Positions 1 through 9,758 of a DNA stretch of 64,000 nt are shown here, in pieces. The position numbers and the translations under genes were made by a program. This DNA is from a virus (taxonomy: Duplodnaviria > Caudoviricetes): IMG/VR virus record IMGVR_UViG_2740892352_000003, positions 1-64,000 of that record; one strand, 5' to 3'. Position 1 is the first letter of the stretch, and every line of letters begins with the position of its first letter. The notes under the pieces are model-generated. The model had not been told where the DNA came from. It worked only from the letters and a program-made list of their open reading frames with translations, and did no database searches.

Positions 1-108
1 ATGTTAATTAACTTTTTATTGAGTATAGTAGCTGGTATTGTATCAGCTTTCATATATGACAAAATAAAAAATCACCCAAACGCCAATAAGGGTGATTTAA
101 AGAAATAA
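1..108 (+). CDS. Type I TA toxin peptide (CD0904.1-like), 35 aa
   Basis: Manual translation MLINFLLSIVAGIVSAFIYDKIKNHPNANKGDLKK: hydrophobic N-terminus, basic tail, convergent antisense promoter; RBS is outside window. Confidence 0.8.
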   Translation: MLINFLLSIVAGIVSAFIYDKIKNHPNANKGDLKK

Positions 109-167
109 CTTTTAAATTCTAATCAATTAGAGAAATTCACCTTTTAAAAAGTAAATTTTATCTCCTT
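61..167 (-). ncRNA. Antisense antitoxin RNA (RCd-like)
   Basis: Minus-strand extended -10 TGATATAAT at 174-182; hairpin AAATCACCC/GGGTGATTT (69-98) followed by U-tract on minus strand; ends approximate. Confidence 0.65.
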
Positions 168-241
168 GCTATTATTATATCACAAATTGGTATAGATATT
201 CAAAAATAATATTTTATTAAAGTATAATTGTTTGAATATAT

Positions 242-1906
242 TTAAGCTAATTTATTATTTAATTCTTGTATTTTTAATGTTTGTCTATATTCTTGTGCTT
301 CTGCCAATTTTGTATATTCCACAGTCTTATCGAAATTTTTCTCAACTTCTGTTCTTATTTCATCAAGCGTAACTTTGAAGAATTCCTTTCTATTATTTAC
401 CTTGTTAACTCTCTTATTATCAAAAGCTTTATGTAAAGCTGATTCTAATTTAGGTGCATCTTCACTAAATATAGTCGCATGTATATCATATTTAAAAGGA
501 ACTGATGCACTACTTAATTCATTTATTCTCTCAGTTGGGTCTAATCTTCTAGTTACTCCTATTTTATATATATTTTCTCCAAAACTACCAATATTGGAGA
601 TTATGTATACATGTCCTGCTCTTGTATTTTGTTCTCTATTTAATACATCATCTAAATCTTTTGATAGCAAAGCTAGTTTTTCTTCTATAGAATTAATTTT
701 TTGTTCCCATTCTAATTTATCATTTTCATCTTCTGGGATAGTTGATTTTAGTCTAAGTAATTCATTCTTGAATTGTAATTCTTCTTTTTTTAGTTTTCTT
801 TTCTGATTTTCAATTTCTTTTTGAACAAGAGCTTCTTCTTTCATTTGTTCTCTCAAAGCTCTTTGTTCTTCTTTTTCCTCTTCTTTCATTTGAAGGTATT
901 CATAATATAAATAAAGCTCATCTATTTTCAAATTAAGATAGTTTTCTTTTATAGAAACCTTATTTGAAGTATTTAATTTATTTGTATCAGTAAATGCTTT
1001 TCGTATTCTTTTTTCTATAGAATCAATATTTTTAAAACTAACTTTTGACATAGCAATGTCGCACTCACTATTGAAGAGTTTAAGAGCTGTTTTAATATTT
1101 TGATTAGTCATAGTTCTACCTTTTTGAACACTTCCATCAACAGTCCAAGAATCAGAATATTTTACACCTGTTTTATTTCTTATTAATAGTTTTTGCATTT
1201 CTCTTATTTCTTTTAATTTTTCCATATATTCATCAGAGTTTTCAAAATCATATTTTGGATTATATAATCCAAATGATTGAAGCAGAACCTCATCTTCAGT
1301 CTGTATTAATTCTTCTGATAATCTTTTTAGCTCTTCTTTTTTATTTTTTAAAGTTGTGTTTATATCTCTAAGCTCTTCCCTTTCATTTTTTAATTCTTCT
1401 AAATGAGAATTTAAAGTATTAATATTATCTTTAAGTATATTTTTATCTTTTATAAGATTATCAAGTCTTTCTTTTTCTATTTTTAGTTCTTCGATAAGTT
1501 TAAATTTATCTTGGTTTTCTGAATCAAATTTATCAATTTCAACTTTCTTTTTGTCTAATAGATTGGATAATTCTTTTAACTTATTTTCATTTGATTCACA
1601 TAAATCTTCAAAGTGTTTTTCTTTCATTTTAATTTCATCATTTAATAAAATATATTTATTATTGATTTTTTCGACATCAGATAATAGTATACTAATGCTA
1701 TCTTTATGTTTTTTCATTATCTTATTTCTTTTAAATAAGAATATTATTGCAACTATAAATGATATAGAGTATGTTGAAAACGTAGAAAGAATTAGTATGG
1801 ATATAGTCCATAAAGAATAATACCAGGGTATCTTGAAATTAAGATTTTTGATTTTTTCATCGTTGATGAGTAAATCACTTTTTAACTGTTCATTTTCATT
1901 GTTCAT
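242..1906 (-). CDS. Membrane-anchored DUF4041 + T5orf172/GIY-YIG-like nuclease
   Basis: N-terminal TM segment, long coiled coil, C-terminal GHVYIISNIGSFGENIYKIGVTRR...KEFF motif. Confidence 0.85.
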   Translation of the reverse strand: MNNENEQLKSDLLINDEKIKNLNFKIPWYYSLWTISILILSTFSTYSISFIVAIIFLFKRNKIMKKHKDSISILLSDVEKINNKYILLNDEIKMKEKHFEDLCESNENKLKELSNLLDKKKVEIDKFDSENQDKFKLIEELKIEKERLDNLIKDKNILKDNINTLNSHLEELKNEREELRDINTTLKNKKEELKRLSEELIQTEDEVLLQSFGLYNPKYDFENSDEYMEKLKEIREMQKLLIRNKTGVKYSDSWTVDGSVQKGRTMTNQNIKTALKLFNSECDIAMSKVSFKNIDSIEKRIRKAFTDTNKLNTSNKVSIKENYLNLKIDELYLYYEYLQMKEEEKEEQRALREQMKEEALVQKEIENQKRKLKKEELQFKNELLRLKSTIPEDENDKLEWEQKINSIEEKLALLSKDLDDVLNREQNTRAGHVYIISNIGSFGENIYKIGVTRRLDPTERINELSSASVPFKYDIHATIFSEDAPKLESALHKAFDNKRVNKVNNRKEFFKVTLDEIRTEVEKNFDKTVEYTKLAEAQEYRQTLKIQELNNKLA

Positions 1907-2176
1907 ATCAAAACTCCTTTTTTATTTTTTGTTCTACTTTATGATAATAATAATTTAAGTATATAAAATTTTATGTGCAATTTCCATATATTTGCAAAAA
2001 AAGGTAAAAATAAAACAAAATGGTAGTTATTTAAAAGAATTTAGTTGGATTATAAAGGTATGTTAACAGAAATTATAAAAATAATATAACATTCTTATAA
2101 AAGTATGTTATCAGTATTTTGAACATAAGGAAAAGCTACTTAAAATTAGTTTTAATCATTTTAAGTAGCTCTTTTA

Positions 2177-3625
2177 TTATTTTAGATACTCCTTTGAATA
2201 TTTAATCCAAGCATCAATACCATCGATTAAGTGAATTAATTCGCCATAAATATGTTCTGAACCAAATTCATTTTTCGTGTACATTATCCATTTTTTTCTA
2301 CCTTGCAATTTAACTTTACCAATGAAGTTATCTGAAGTATCAAATACATTAAATGCTCCATCTGACATTCTATCAAAGACAAAATTATTTTTTAATTCAT
2401 TTTCGTACATTTTAATTTTAAGTATATTAAAAAAGTAGATTTCATTTTCATTAATTTTGAAGTTGTAATTTTTATTATTAACTTCGAATGGTATTGATTT
2501 GTTATTTTTAACAATATCCATATAATGTAAATTTTTATTATTAATACTATCATTTGCGTTATATGTTATAGTAGAGTGATTGTATATTACATCATTTATA
2601 CTATTTATAGCATTATTAATTTCGATATTATCAATTTTTTCTCCTACCAAACGTTTTACTAATATAGAAGTTTTGGAGTTATTTCCTAACATATCACAAA
2701 GTATATAGGATGATTTAATTATGTTATCTAAAAGTGTGTCTTTTAAATTTATATCTAATTCCTTTATGGCTTTGTAAGACTCAATTTTCATAGGTGTAAT
2801 TTTATGATTTTCCCAGTTTATATTAATTCCTCTTTGGATATTTTTAGAGGATTCATATTTACAAATTAAGTCATATGCTTCCTCATATTTATCAATATAA
2901 ATTAATTCTAAACACTGGTCTTCTAGGTCAGTATTTTTAGTAACAGATTTACGCACATCTTTCAACAGTTCTTTTCCTTTATCTGTTAAAGCATAATATT
3001 TGTTGGAGCTATTAAAAAAATTAGATAAATCTTTGCATGAGATTTCTTTTTCTATCCTTTCTATTAATTCAGCCTTTTTACCAGTTGATTTAATATTATT
3101 AGATTTTAATATTTCTTTCAATTCCGAAACTGTTAACTTAGTAAGGTCTTCAATGTAATTTGAAATCTTAAGATAATCCATGTTGAAAAACTTAGAAATT
3201 AAATATGAATAGTTAATATTATATTCATATGTCCAATAGGTTGCTATATAAGGCTCGTATATATTTTCTCCAATTATGTATTTTAGGAAAGATTTTTCTA
3301 TTGATGTAAGTGGTTTAGTATCTGTTTCTAATATATTGTTTTGTGGGTTAAACTTATTAATACTATTAGTATGTATATCATATAAAGCATCTGATTTTTC
3401 TCTTGCTTGTTTTTCTAATTCATATAAATTTGTTGTATCATTACAACTTACATTCAGCACTTTATTAATTTCATTTTTTACTTCTATGTTATGAGGTGAA
3501 TTAGAATTACATTCTAGTGAAAGTGTAGTACTATCATTATAGCTTTGTTTTGATTCGTTCGATTTTTCATTGCAATCAACATTATTTTTGTTTTTATTTT
3601 TTCTAAATAGATTCAAAATGCTCAT
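2177..3625 (-). CDS. SAP-domain phage cargo protein
   Basis: LTKLTVSELKEILKSNNIKSTGKKAELIERI SAP motif; RBS AGGAG upstream. Confidence 0.7.
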   Translation of the reverse strand: MSILNLFRKNKNKNNVDCNEKSNESKQSYNDSTTLSLECNSNSPHNIEVKNEINKVLNVSCNDTTNLYELEKQAREKSDALYDIHTNSINKFNPQNNILETDTKPLTSIEKSFLKYIIGENIYEPYIATYWTYEYNINYSYLISKFFNMDYLKISNYIEDLTKLTVSELKEILKSNNIKSTGKKAELIERIEKEISCKDLSNFFNSSNKYYALTDKGKELLKDVRKSVTKNTDLEDQCLELIYIDKYEEAYDLICKYESSKNIQRGININWENHKITPMKIESYKAIKELDINLKDTLLDNIIKSSYILCDMLGNNSKTSILVKRLVGEKIDNIEINNAINSINDVIYNHSTITYNANDSINNKNLHYMDIVKNNKSIPFEVNNKNYNFKINENEIYFFNILKIKMYENELKNNFVFDRMSDGAFNVFDTSDNFIGKVKLQGRKKWIMYTKNEFGSEHIYGELIHLIDGIDAWIKYSKEYLK

Positions 3626-4121
3626 AAAAAATTACTCCTTTTGTATTTAATTAATTTCTAGTGTATTCTACTTTGTGACAATAACAATTTAAGTATATAA
3701 AACTTTCTGTATAAATGCTATGTATATTAGGAAAAAACATAGAATTAAATAGTTTTGAAAAGAATACTATATTTATATGGTATAAAAAGTAAAACGAAGA
3801 TTTTAAAATTAAATAATAAAAAATATTATATAAACAAGAAAATACAAAAAATTATAATTAAAAAGACGATTAATAATACACAGGAATGGAAAAAATAACC
3901 AAGACTCTACAAAATTCGATTTTTTTGTTACAATTCCCCTTTTTTTATTGCATATATTTAACAAAAGTATTATTATGTAAGTAAGATAATTATCCAAGAA
4001 AATTTTGAATAATCTAAAAATATTTTTAGAAATGAAAATACATAGTTATATTTTATTAAAATTCATTAGGGAATTTTGACTAAAAATAAGAACGTAAGTT
4101 CTGATAGTAGGGGGAAGGCGT

Positions 4122-4262
4122 GTGGAAAAATCAAAAAAACTACTAATTGACACAGGGGATAAATTGAACAAATTAAGAGAAAATAATAGTGAGAAGTTAG
4201 AAAAGTACATAGAATTATTAAAAGAATATTATAAACAAGAAAATAAAAAAGAAAGAGAATAG
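4122..4262 (+). CDS. Small charged hypothetical protein (46 aa)
   Basis: GGGGGAAGG RBS, GTG start, MEKSKKLLIDTGDK...KKERE; not in ORF track. Confidence 0.55.
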   Translation: MEKSKKLLIDTGDKLNKLRENNSEKLEKYIELLKEYYKQENKKERE

Positions 4263-4276
4263 TTTTCTTCTCTTTC

Positions 4277-4642
4277 TTATTTTTTCTCATTAAGTTCTTC
4301 TTCAAGAAATACTTTTGCTATTTTGAACATTTTTTCTTGACTAGAAGGACTTAATTCGCTAATTAGTTTTAAAGCTTCTTTTATATCATCAGAGAAATTT
4401 AGATTTTCAATTAGCTCTAACTCACTAAGATTGTCTATATTTTTTACATTGACCTTTCCAAGCAAATAATCTGTAGATACATTAAAAAAATCTGATAATT
4501 TTAAAATTATGTCATGTGGAGGAAATCTTTCTTCCTTCTCATAAAAAGAAATCATTTTAGGAGTAAGACCTAAAAAAGTTGCAAGTTCTTTTTGAGTAAT
4601 ATCTTTTTCTTTTCTTAATTCCTTTATTCTATATCCAATCAT
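4277..4642 (-). CDS. CI-like XRE HTH repressor
   Basis: RIKELRKEKDITQKELA...VSTDYLLG XRE motif, divergent from cro-like gene. Confidence 0.9.
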   Translation of the reverse strand: MIGYRIKELRKEKDITQKELATFLGLTPKMISFYEKEERFPPHDIILKLSDFFNVSTDYLLGKVNVKNIDNLSELELIENLNFSDDIKEALKLISELSPSSQEKMFKIAKVFLEEELNEKK

Positions 4643-4670
4643 GTTATTTAGCCACCTTTTTAATTTATAT

Positions 4671-4759
4671 TGAACTATTAGTTCTTAATTATCAATTATA
4701 GCTCATTTTTTTTAAAAAAGCTATTGACAATGTACTAATAGTACTGTACTATTAGTACA
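4671..4759. promoter_or_regulatory. Lysis/lysogeny switch: palindromic operators TGTACTAWTAGTACA overlapping lytic promoter
   Basis: Operators at 4671-4685, 4731-4745, 4745-4759 (a 4th at 4976-4990 inside cro); -35 TTGACA 4724-4729, -10 TACTAT 4747-4752 (17-bp spacing). Confidence 0.8.
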
Positions 4760-4786
4760 TAAGATAAAGTAAAAGAAGGTGAAAAA

Positions 4787-5023
4787 ATGAATAAACTAAA
4801 AGATTTTAGAATACAAAAAGGACTAAGTAGAAATCAGTTAGGAGCTGAATTAGGTCTTACAAGTAGGTATATAGCTTTCTTAGAGAATGGCGAAAGAGTA
4901 CCGTCTCTAAATACAGCTGTAAAAATAGCAGCTTATTTCAATACTTCAATAGAGTATATTTTTTTGAAAAACAACTGTACTAAAAGTACATTTAAAGAAA
5001 AAGGAGCTGAAAAATATGAATAA
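4787..5023 (+). CDS. Cro-like XRE HTH regulator
   Basis: LKDFRIQKGLSRNQLG...ERVPSL HTH; first lytic gene. Confidence 0.85.
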   Translation: MNKLKDFRIQKGLSRNQLGAELGLTSRYIAFLENGERVPSLNTAVKIAAYFNTSIEYIFLKNNCTKSTFKEKGAEKYE

Positions 5024-5807
5024 CTTACAAGTAATAGAAAGAAATAACGAAAGAGTTTTAACTACACAGCAACTAGCAGATGTATATGAAACAGATGCAA
5101 GAAATATAAGCAACAATTTTAACAATAACAAAGATAGATTTATTGAAGGTAAACATTATTTTTTATTGCAAGGTGATGATTTAAAAAATTTTAAAGGTAT
5201 TCATACAGAATATGAAAACCTAAAATTTACTTCAAAAATGTATCTTTGGACTGAAAGAGGAGCAAATAGACACTGCAAAATATTGGATACTGACAAAGCT
5301 TGGGAGCAGTTTGATAACTTAGAAGAAACATATTTCAAAGTTAAGCAACATAAGCCAACTTGTATAGAAGATGTATTAATAGAAAGTTTAAAAGAAATGA
5401 AAGATTTAAGACTTCAAGTTAATCAAGCAAATAGCATTGCTTTAGAAGCAAAGACAGAGGTTGAAACAATAAAAGATGTAGTTTCATTAGACTCAAATAG
5501 TTGGAGAACAAATACACATCAACTAATTGCAAGAATAGCAAAAAAACAAGGTGGTTTTGAACATATAAATATGCTTAGAACAGAAAGTTATGAATTATTA
5601 AATAAGAGATTTGGAGTTGACCTACATAGAAGATTAATCAATAAAAGAAGAAAAATGGCAGAAGAAGGTGTATCTGAATCTAAAAGAGAGAAAGTTAACA
5701 ATTTAGATGTAATACAAGATGATAAGAAGCTAATAGAGGGGTATGTGGCTATTGTAAAAGATATGGCTTTAAAATATGGAATATCAAGTGATTTAAGCAA
5801 AAATTAG
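5016..5807 (+). CDS. ORF6N-domain antirepressor
   Basis: RVLTTQQLADVY...RFIEGKHYF...YLWTERGA motif. Confidence 0.85.
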   Translation: MNNLQVIERNNERVLTTQQLADVYETDARNISNNFNNNKDRFIEGKHYFLLQGDDLKNFKGIHTEYENLKFTSKMYLWTERGANRHCKILDTDKAWEQFDNLEETYFKVKQHKPTCIEDVLIESLKEMKDLRLQVNQANSIALEAKTEVETIKDVVSLDSNSWRTNTHQLIARIAKKQGGFEHINMLRTESYELLNKRFGVDLHRRLINKRRKMAEEGVSESKREKVNNLDVIQDDKKLIEGYVAIVKDMALKYGISSDLSKN

Positions 5808-5870
5808 GTTAAATCATGACAGTACCTTGAAAACTAAATACAGGATATTCAATTAATATGAGAAGGAGGT

Positions 5871-6206
5871 TTGAAAATGAGTGTAGCATTACAATTCATA
5901 GACACAAAAGACTTAGTACAAGAGTTAATGCGAAGAGATGATACAACAGACATCATCAAGATGTTTTTAGATAGAGAAGGAATTAAAAGAATGGAGTTAA
6001 TGACTATAGAAGAATTTTGTGAGTACTTGAAAATATCTGATGTAACAGCTAGAAACATGGCAAGAGAAGCCATGATAACAAAAGATTTTATTGCTTTAAA
6101 AATAGGAAGAAAGTACATGATTGATAGAATATCATTTGAAGAATTTATTATGAAAAATGCAATGAAAGATAAAGATGTAATGAAAAAAAGAAAGGGGGTG
6201 ATTTAG
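5871..6206 (+). CDS. Excisionase-like HTH_17 DNA-binding protein
   Basis: LMTIEEFCEYLKIS...ALKIGRKYMI. Confidence 0.7.
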   Translation: MKMSVALQFIDTKDLVQELMRRDDTTDIIKMFLDREGIKRMELMTIEEFCEYLKISDVTARNMAREAMITKDFIALKIGRKYMIDRISFEEFIMKNAMKDKDVMKKRKGVI

Positions 6207-6307
6207 TTGAATGTAAGAGTACTGATAGCTTATGTACAATTCTGTAAGCAATACAATAAGAAAGCAAGTTTTGAAGGTCTTAAAAAATACAATAAGGGGA
6301 TAGTGAT

Positions 6308-6535
6308 ATGAAAATACTTAAAGTAAAATTTCCTACAAAAATTCTTAAAGCAGGTAAAGCAATCAGAGTAACATGTGCAAGATTTGGTTTTGAAAGCGAT
6401 TGTATAATAACTCAATCACAAGAATTTGAATTAACAGTAGTTTATTTTGATAAAGAATTAGATGATTTAGTACAATCGTCTATAACTATAGATGATGCAA
6501 TAAGCTATGATTATTGTATTGAAATGCTAAATTAA
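6308..6535 (+). CDS. Phage hypothetical protein
   Basis: ORF with RBS in early operon. Confidence 0.6.
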   Translation: MKILKVKFPTKILKAGKAIRVTCARFGFESDCIITQSQEFELTVVYFDKELDDLVQSSITIDDAISYDYCIEMLN

Positions 6536-6547
6536 GGGGGATTAATC

Positions 6548-6865
6548 ATGAAAAGTTTAATTATAGTGAGAAATGCAGTAGAACAACAACTAAATAGAGC
6601 TAATTTAGAAATAAATAAAAACGAGCAACTTTATACAAAACTTAGAAAAAAAGAAGAAAGAAATATATCAGAAGAAATTGAATTGAGTAATGCTTTAAGA
6701 GAAAAAAGTGTAAACGAAAGATTAAAAATATTTGCTGAGTCATTACTAGAAATTATAGATACACAAATTGAAATAAAAGAATATGAAGAAAATGAGGATT
6801 GCAAGATATTTCAATTAATTTTAGAAGAACTTGAAAGAGATAGACCTATAGATGTTCAGATATAA
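6548..6865 (+). CDS. Phage hypothetical coiled-coil protein
   Basis: ORF with AGGGGG RBS. Confidence 0.65.
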   Translation: MKSLIIVRNAVEQQLNRANLEINKNEQLYTKLRKKEERNISEEIELSNALREKSVNERLKIFAESLLEIIDTQIEIKEYEENEDCKIFQLILEELERDRPIDVQI

Positions 6866-6948
6866 GAAAAGAGCCATTGCCGTGGCTCAATTCAAATAAA
6901 TATATCAAAATTTAATTAAGCTAATTATAGCACAAACGGAGGGAAATT

Positions 6949-7458
6949 ATGAGTACTTTATATGAATTAACTACAGATTTATTAGAAATAGAAGAAGGTT
7001 TAACAGAAACAACAGGAAATGAAACTGAAAAACTAGAGGAAATAAAAGAAATAATAAAACAAGAGATACAAAATAAAAACACTAGGATAGTTTCAGTAAT
7101 ATTAAACATTGACAGTGATATAAACTCTATAGATTCAGAGATTAAGAGAATGCAAGAGTTAAAGAAGATTAAGAAGAATGCTCTTGACAGATTAAAAAGC
7201 AATATAAAGGAATGTATGGAACTACTTGGTACTAAAAAAGTAGAAACATTTTTAGGAAATATAAGTATAAGAAAGTCAGCAGGTAGCTTAGTCATAGAAG
7301 ATGAAGAAAAGATACCTGCTATATATAAAACAGTAGAGCAAGTTGTAAAAGTAGATAAAAATAGTATAAAAGACTTTATTAAAAAAGGTCATGAGGTCGA
7401 AGGTTGCAGGATTGAATATGGAACTACACTAACAATTCCAAAAGCTAAAAAAGAGTAG
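6949..7458 (+). CDS. Siphovirus Gp157-family protein
   Basis: MSTLYEL...IDSEIKR...VDKNSIKDFIKKGHEVEG pattern. Confidence 0.85.
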   Translation: MSTLYELTTDLLEIEEGLTETTGNETEKLEEIKEIIKQEIQNKNTRIVSVILNIDSDINSIDSEIKRMQELKKIKKNALDRLKSNIKECMELLGTKKVETFLGNISIRKSAGSLVIEDEEKIPAIYKTVEQVVKVDKNSIKDFIKKGHEVEGCRIEYGTTLTIPKAKKE

Positions 7459-7467
7459 GTGAGGACC

Positions 7468-8058
7468 ATGGAAATTAATAATATTTACATTAAATTGATG
7501 AATGTAAGAGTTAAATTTAGTAAGTTGAATTTAAAGAAAAGTGGAGAAAATAAGTTCGCTAACTTCAAGTATTTTGAGTTAGCAGACTTTCTACCACAAG
7601 CAACTGGATTACTTGAAGAAGCTAAGCTATGCCCTATAGTGACCTTTACAAATGAATATGCAACTCTAACATTAATTAATGGAGAAAACCCATCAGAACA
7701 GATTGTATTCACTTCTCCAATGAGAGACTTGCAACTTAAAGGTTCTAATGAATTACAAGCACTAGGAGGTATAGAAACCTATCAAACTAGATATTTATAT
7801 ATTCAGTTACTTAATATAACTGAGAATGACACTTTTGACGCAACTAGTGGCAAAAATGAAGCTAAAAGTAATTCTAACAATAGAATTTTAACAGATAAAC
7901 AATTAAGCAGGTTATATGCAATAGCAAGTAATGCAAATGTTAATAAGGAGAGCTTAAAAGAGAAAGTATTTAAGAGATTTGGAAAAGAGATAAAAGATTT
8001 AACAAAACAAGAATATGACACAATTTGTAATGCTTATGAAAAGCAAAATCAAGAGTAG
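7468..8058 (+). CDS. ERF-family single-strand annealing protein
   Basis: KSGENKFANFKYFELADF and QALGGIETYQTRY motifs. Confidence 0.8.
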   Translation: MEINNIYIKLMNVRVKFSKLNLKKSGENKFANFKYFELADFLPQATGLLEEAKLCPIVTFTNEYATLTLINGENPSEQIVFTSPMRDLQLKGSNELQALGGIETYQTRYLYIQLLNITENDTFDATSGKNEAKSNSNNRILTDKQLSRLYAIASNANVNKESLKEKVFKRFGKEIKDLTKQEYDTICNAYEKQNQE

Positions 8059-8066
8059 GTGATATA

Positions 8067-9017
8067 TTGAATTTTAATAATGAAACATACTTTCACATAA
8101 ATTTTGACGACCCATTTACAAGAGTACCTAATACAATCCTCGACAATGAAAATCTTTCTTATTCAGCTGTAGGAGTAGTCACTCAAATGTTAAGATTTCA
8201 AAGGTCGGGTAGTCATAAAGTGTATGCAAAATCATTAATAAGCTATAGAAAAGATAGTAAGACAAAAGTAAGTAATGCTTTAAAGGAGCTTATGCAGGAA
8301 GGTTTTGTTATTAGGACGCAAATAAGGGATGAAAAAGGTCAAATGAAAGGTTATAGATATGATATTTTTGATACACCTCAAAATGTAAATTCTGAAAGTG
8401 TTGAAACGACTGAATCTCAACCGTGTGCCGTTTTCCCGACTCCGGTAAAACCGGAAGCTGGTAAAACCGAAGTCGGTGAAACCGGAAGCCGGCAAAACCG
8501 AGGTCGGGAAATCGGCAACATAAAAGAAAATAGTATTAAAAAGAAAATAGGTTTAAAAGAAAATGATGTTATTACTACTGTTATTGCTGAACAATCTGAA
8601 AAAAATAAGACTGTCTACATAAAAAAATATTATGAATCTTATATAGGTGTGATTACTCCAAATAATTTTCTTCAACTACTGACTTATTTAGATGATGGAA
8701 TGGAAGCTGATGTAATAATAAGAGCTGTTGATGAAGCTGTAGGCAGTGGAGTTAAGAATTATAAGTATGTAAAAACAATCTTAAATAATTGGATAGAAGC
8801 AGGTGTAAAAACTGTTTTAGAACTTACAGAGTATCAAAATGAGTTTGAGAGGAAGAAAAAGAGTAAACAGGAGAAGAAACAGTCTAATAATAAAGCTGTG
8901 AATACTCATAATGTGAATAAAAATAAGTTTGCTAACTTCAATCAAACTTTCACTCAATATGAAGAAAAAGAGCTAGATGAGATTATTAAAAAGAGTCAGA
9001 AGGAAAAATTTAAATAA
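8067..9017 (+). CDS. Replication initiator with HTH and DnaD domain
   Basis: FTRVPNTIL N-terminus; YKYVKTILNNW DnaD motif; internal iterons. Confidence 0.85.
   Translation: MNFNNETYFHINFDDPFTRVPNTILDNENLSYSAVGVVTQMLRFQRSGSHKVYAKSLISYRKDSKTKVSNALKELMQEGFVIRTQIRDEKGQMKGYRYDIFDTPQNVNSESVETTESQPCAVFPTPVKPEAGKTEVGETGSRQNRGREIGNIKENSIKKKIGLKENDVITTVIAEQSEKNKTVYIKKYYESYIGVITPNNFLQLLTYLDDGMEADVIIRAVDEAVGSGVKNYKYVKTILNNWIEAGVKTVLELTEYQNEFERKKKSKQEKKQSNNKAVNTHNVNKNKFANFNQTFTQYEEKELDEIIKKSQKEKFK
8426..8517. repeat. Putative replication origin iterons
   Basis: GGYRAAACCG at 8444, 8460, 8475, 8491 (variant at 8506), bracketed by 15-bp inverted repeat TGCCGTTTTCCCGAC / GTCGGGAAATCGGCA. Confidence 0.75.
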
Positions 9018-9076
9018 AATTAAACTTCTAGGAAGTAAATATCAATATATTGCTTCCTGGAAAGGGGAGGTATAAA

Positions 9077-9250
9077 ATGGCGAGAATATATGCACAAAGA
9101 AGTGGTTCTTTAAATGAGCAGGATAGATTGGAATTGTTAAGATTACTTGGGAAAGCTGGATATACAGTGAGAATAGGTAAGGAGAAACAAAATAGTAAGA
9201 CAACTTATACTTATTTTGTTGAGTATACAGAAGAGCAGGAAGAAAAATAA
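9077..9250 (+). CDS. Phage hypothetical protein
   Basis: GGGGAGG RBS then MARIYAQRSG. Confidence 0.65.
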   Translation: MARIYAQRSGSLNEQDRLELLRLLGKAGYTVRIGKEKQNSKTTYTYFVEYTEEQEEK

Positions 9251-9267
9251 AAAGGGGGTTTAGTAAA

Positions 9268-9684
9268 ATGAATACAATAACTTTAGTTGGAAGATTAGTT
9301 GCAGATGCTGAGCTGAAATATCTTCCAAATTCGGGTACACCTAAAATTTTATTTAGGGTAGCAGTAGATAGAAAATACAAAGATAGGGAAGGCAAAAAGA
9401 AAGTTGATTTTATACCTTGTGAACAGTTAGGAAAGCATGTAGAAAATCTTGTACAGTATCTTACAAAAGGTAAACAGATATATGCTTTTGGAGAATTAAA
9501 TATAGATAATTACAAAGATGAAAATGGTTGTTGGAAATCTATTACTAAGGTTAATGTAAATGCTTTAGAATTGCTTTCTAGTAAAGAGGATAGTAATAAT
9601 CATGAAAAACAACAGGAATATATACCACCAGGACTGGACCCACAAGGTTTTCAAGCAATAGATGATGACGATATACCTTTTTAA
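9268..9684 (+). CDS. ssb: Single-stranded DNA-binding protein
   Basis: LVGRLVADAEL N-terminus, DDDIPF C-terminus. Confidence 0.95.
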   Translation: MNTITLVGRLVADAELKYLPNSGTPKILFRVAVDRKYKDREGKKKVDFIPCEQLGKHVENLVQYLTKGKQIYAFGELNIDNYKDENGCWKSITKVNVNALELLSSKEDSNNHEKQQEYIPPGLDPQGFQAIDDDDIPF

Positions 9685-9758
9685 TCAAGTTAAGTAGTCT
9701 AGGGAGTAGTTATACAATATTATTTCCTAGGAGTTGAAAAATATTGGAGGGATGAAAG

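Noticed and set aside
375-806. Numerous antisense shadow ORFs in the track (e.g. 375-806, 6921-7295, 18779-19165, 24386-24820, 39804-40259, 62316-62672)
   Set aside because: Opposite real genes, Phe/Leu/Ser-rich composition typical of AT-rich antisense frames, no RBS.
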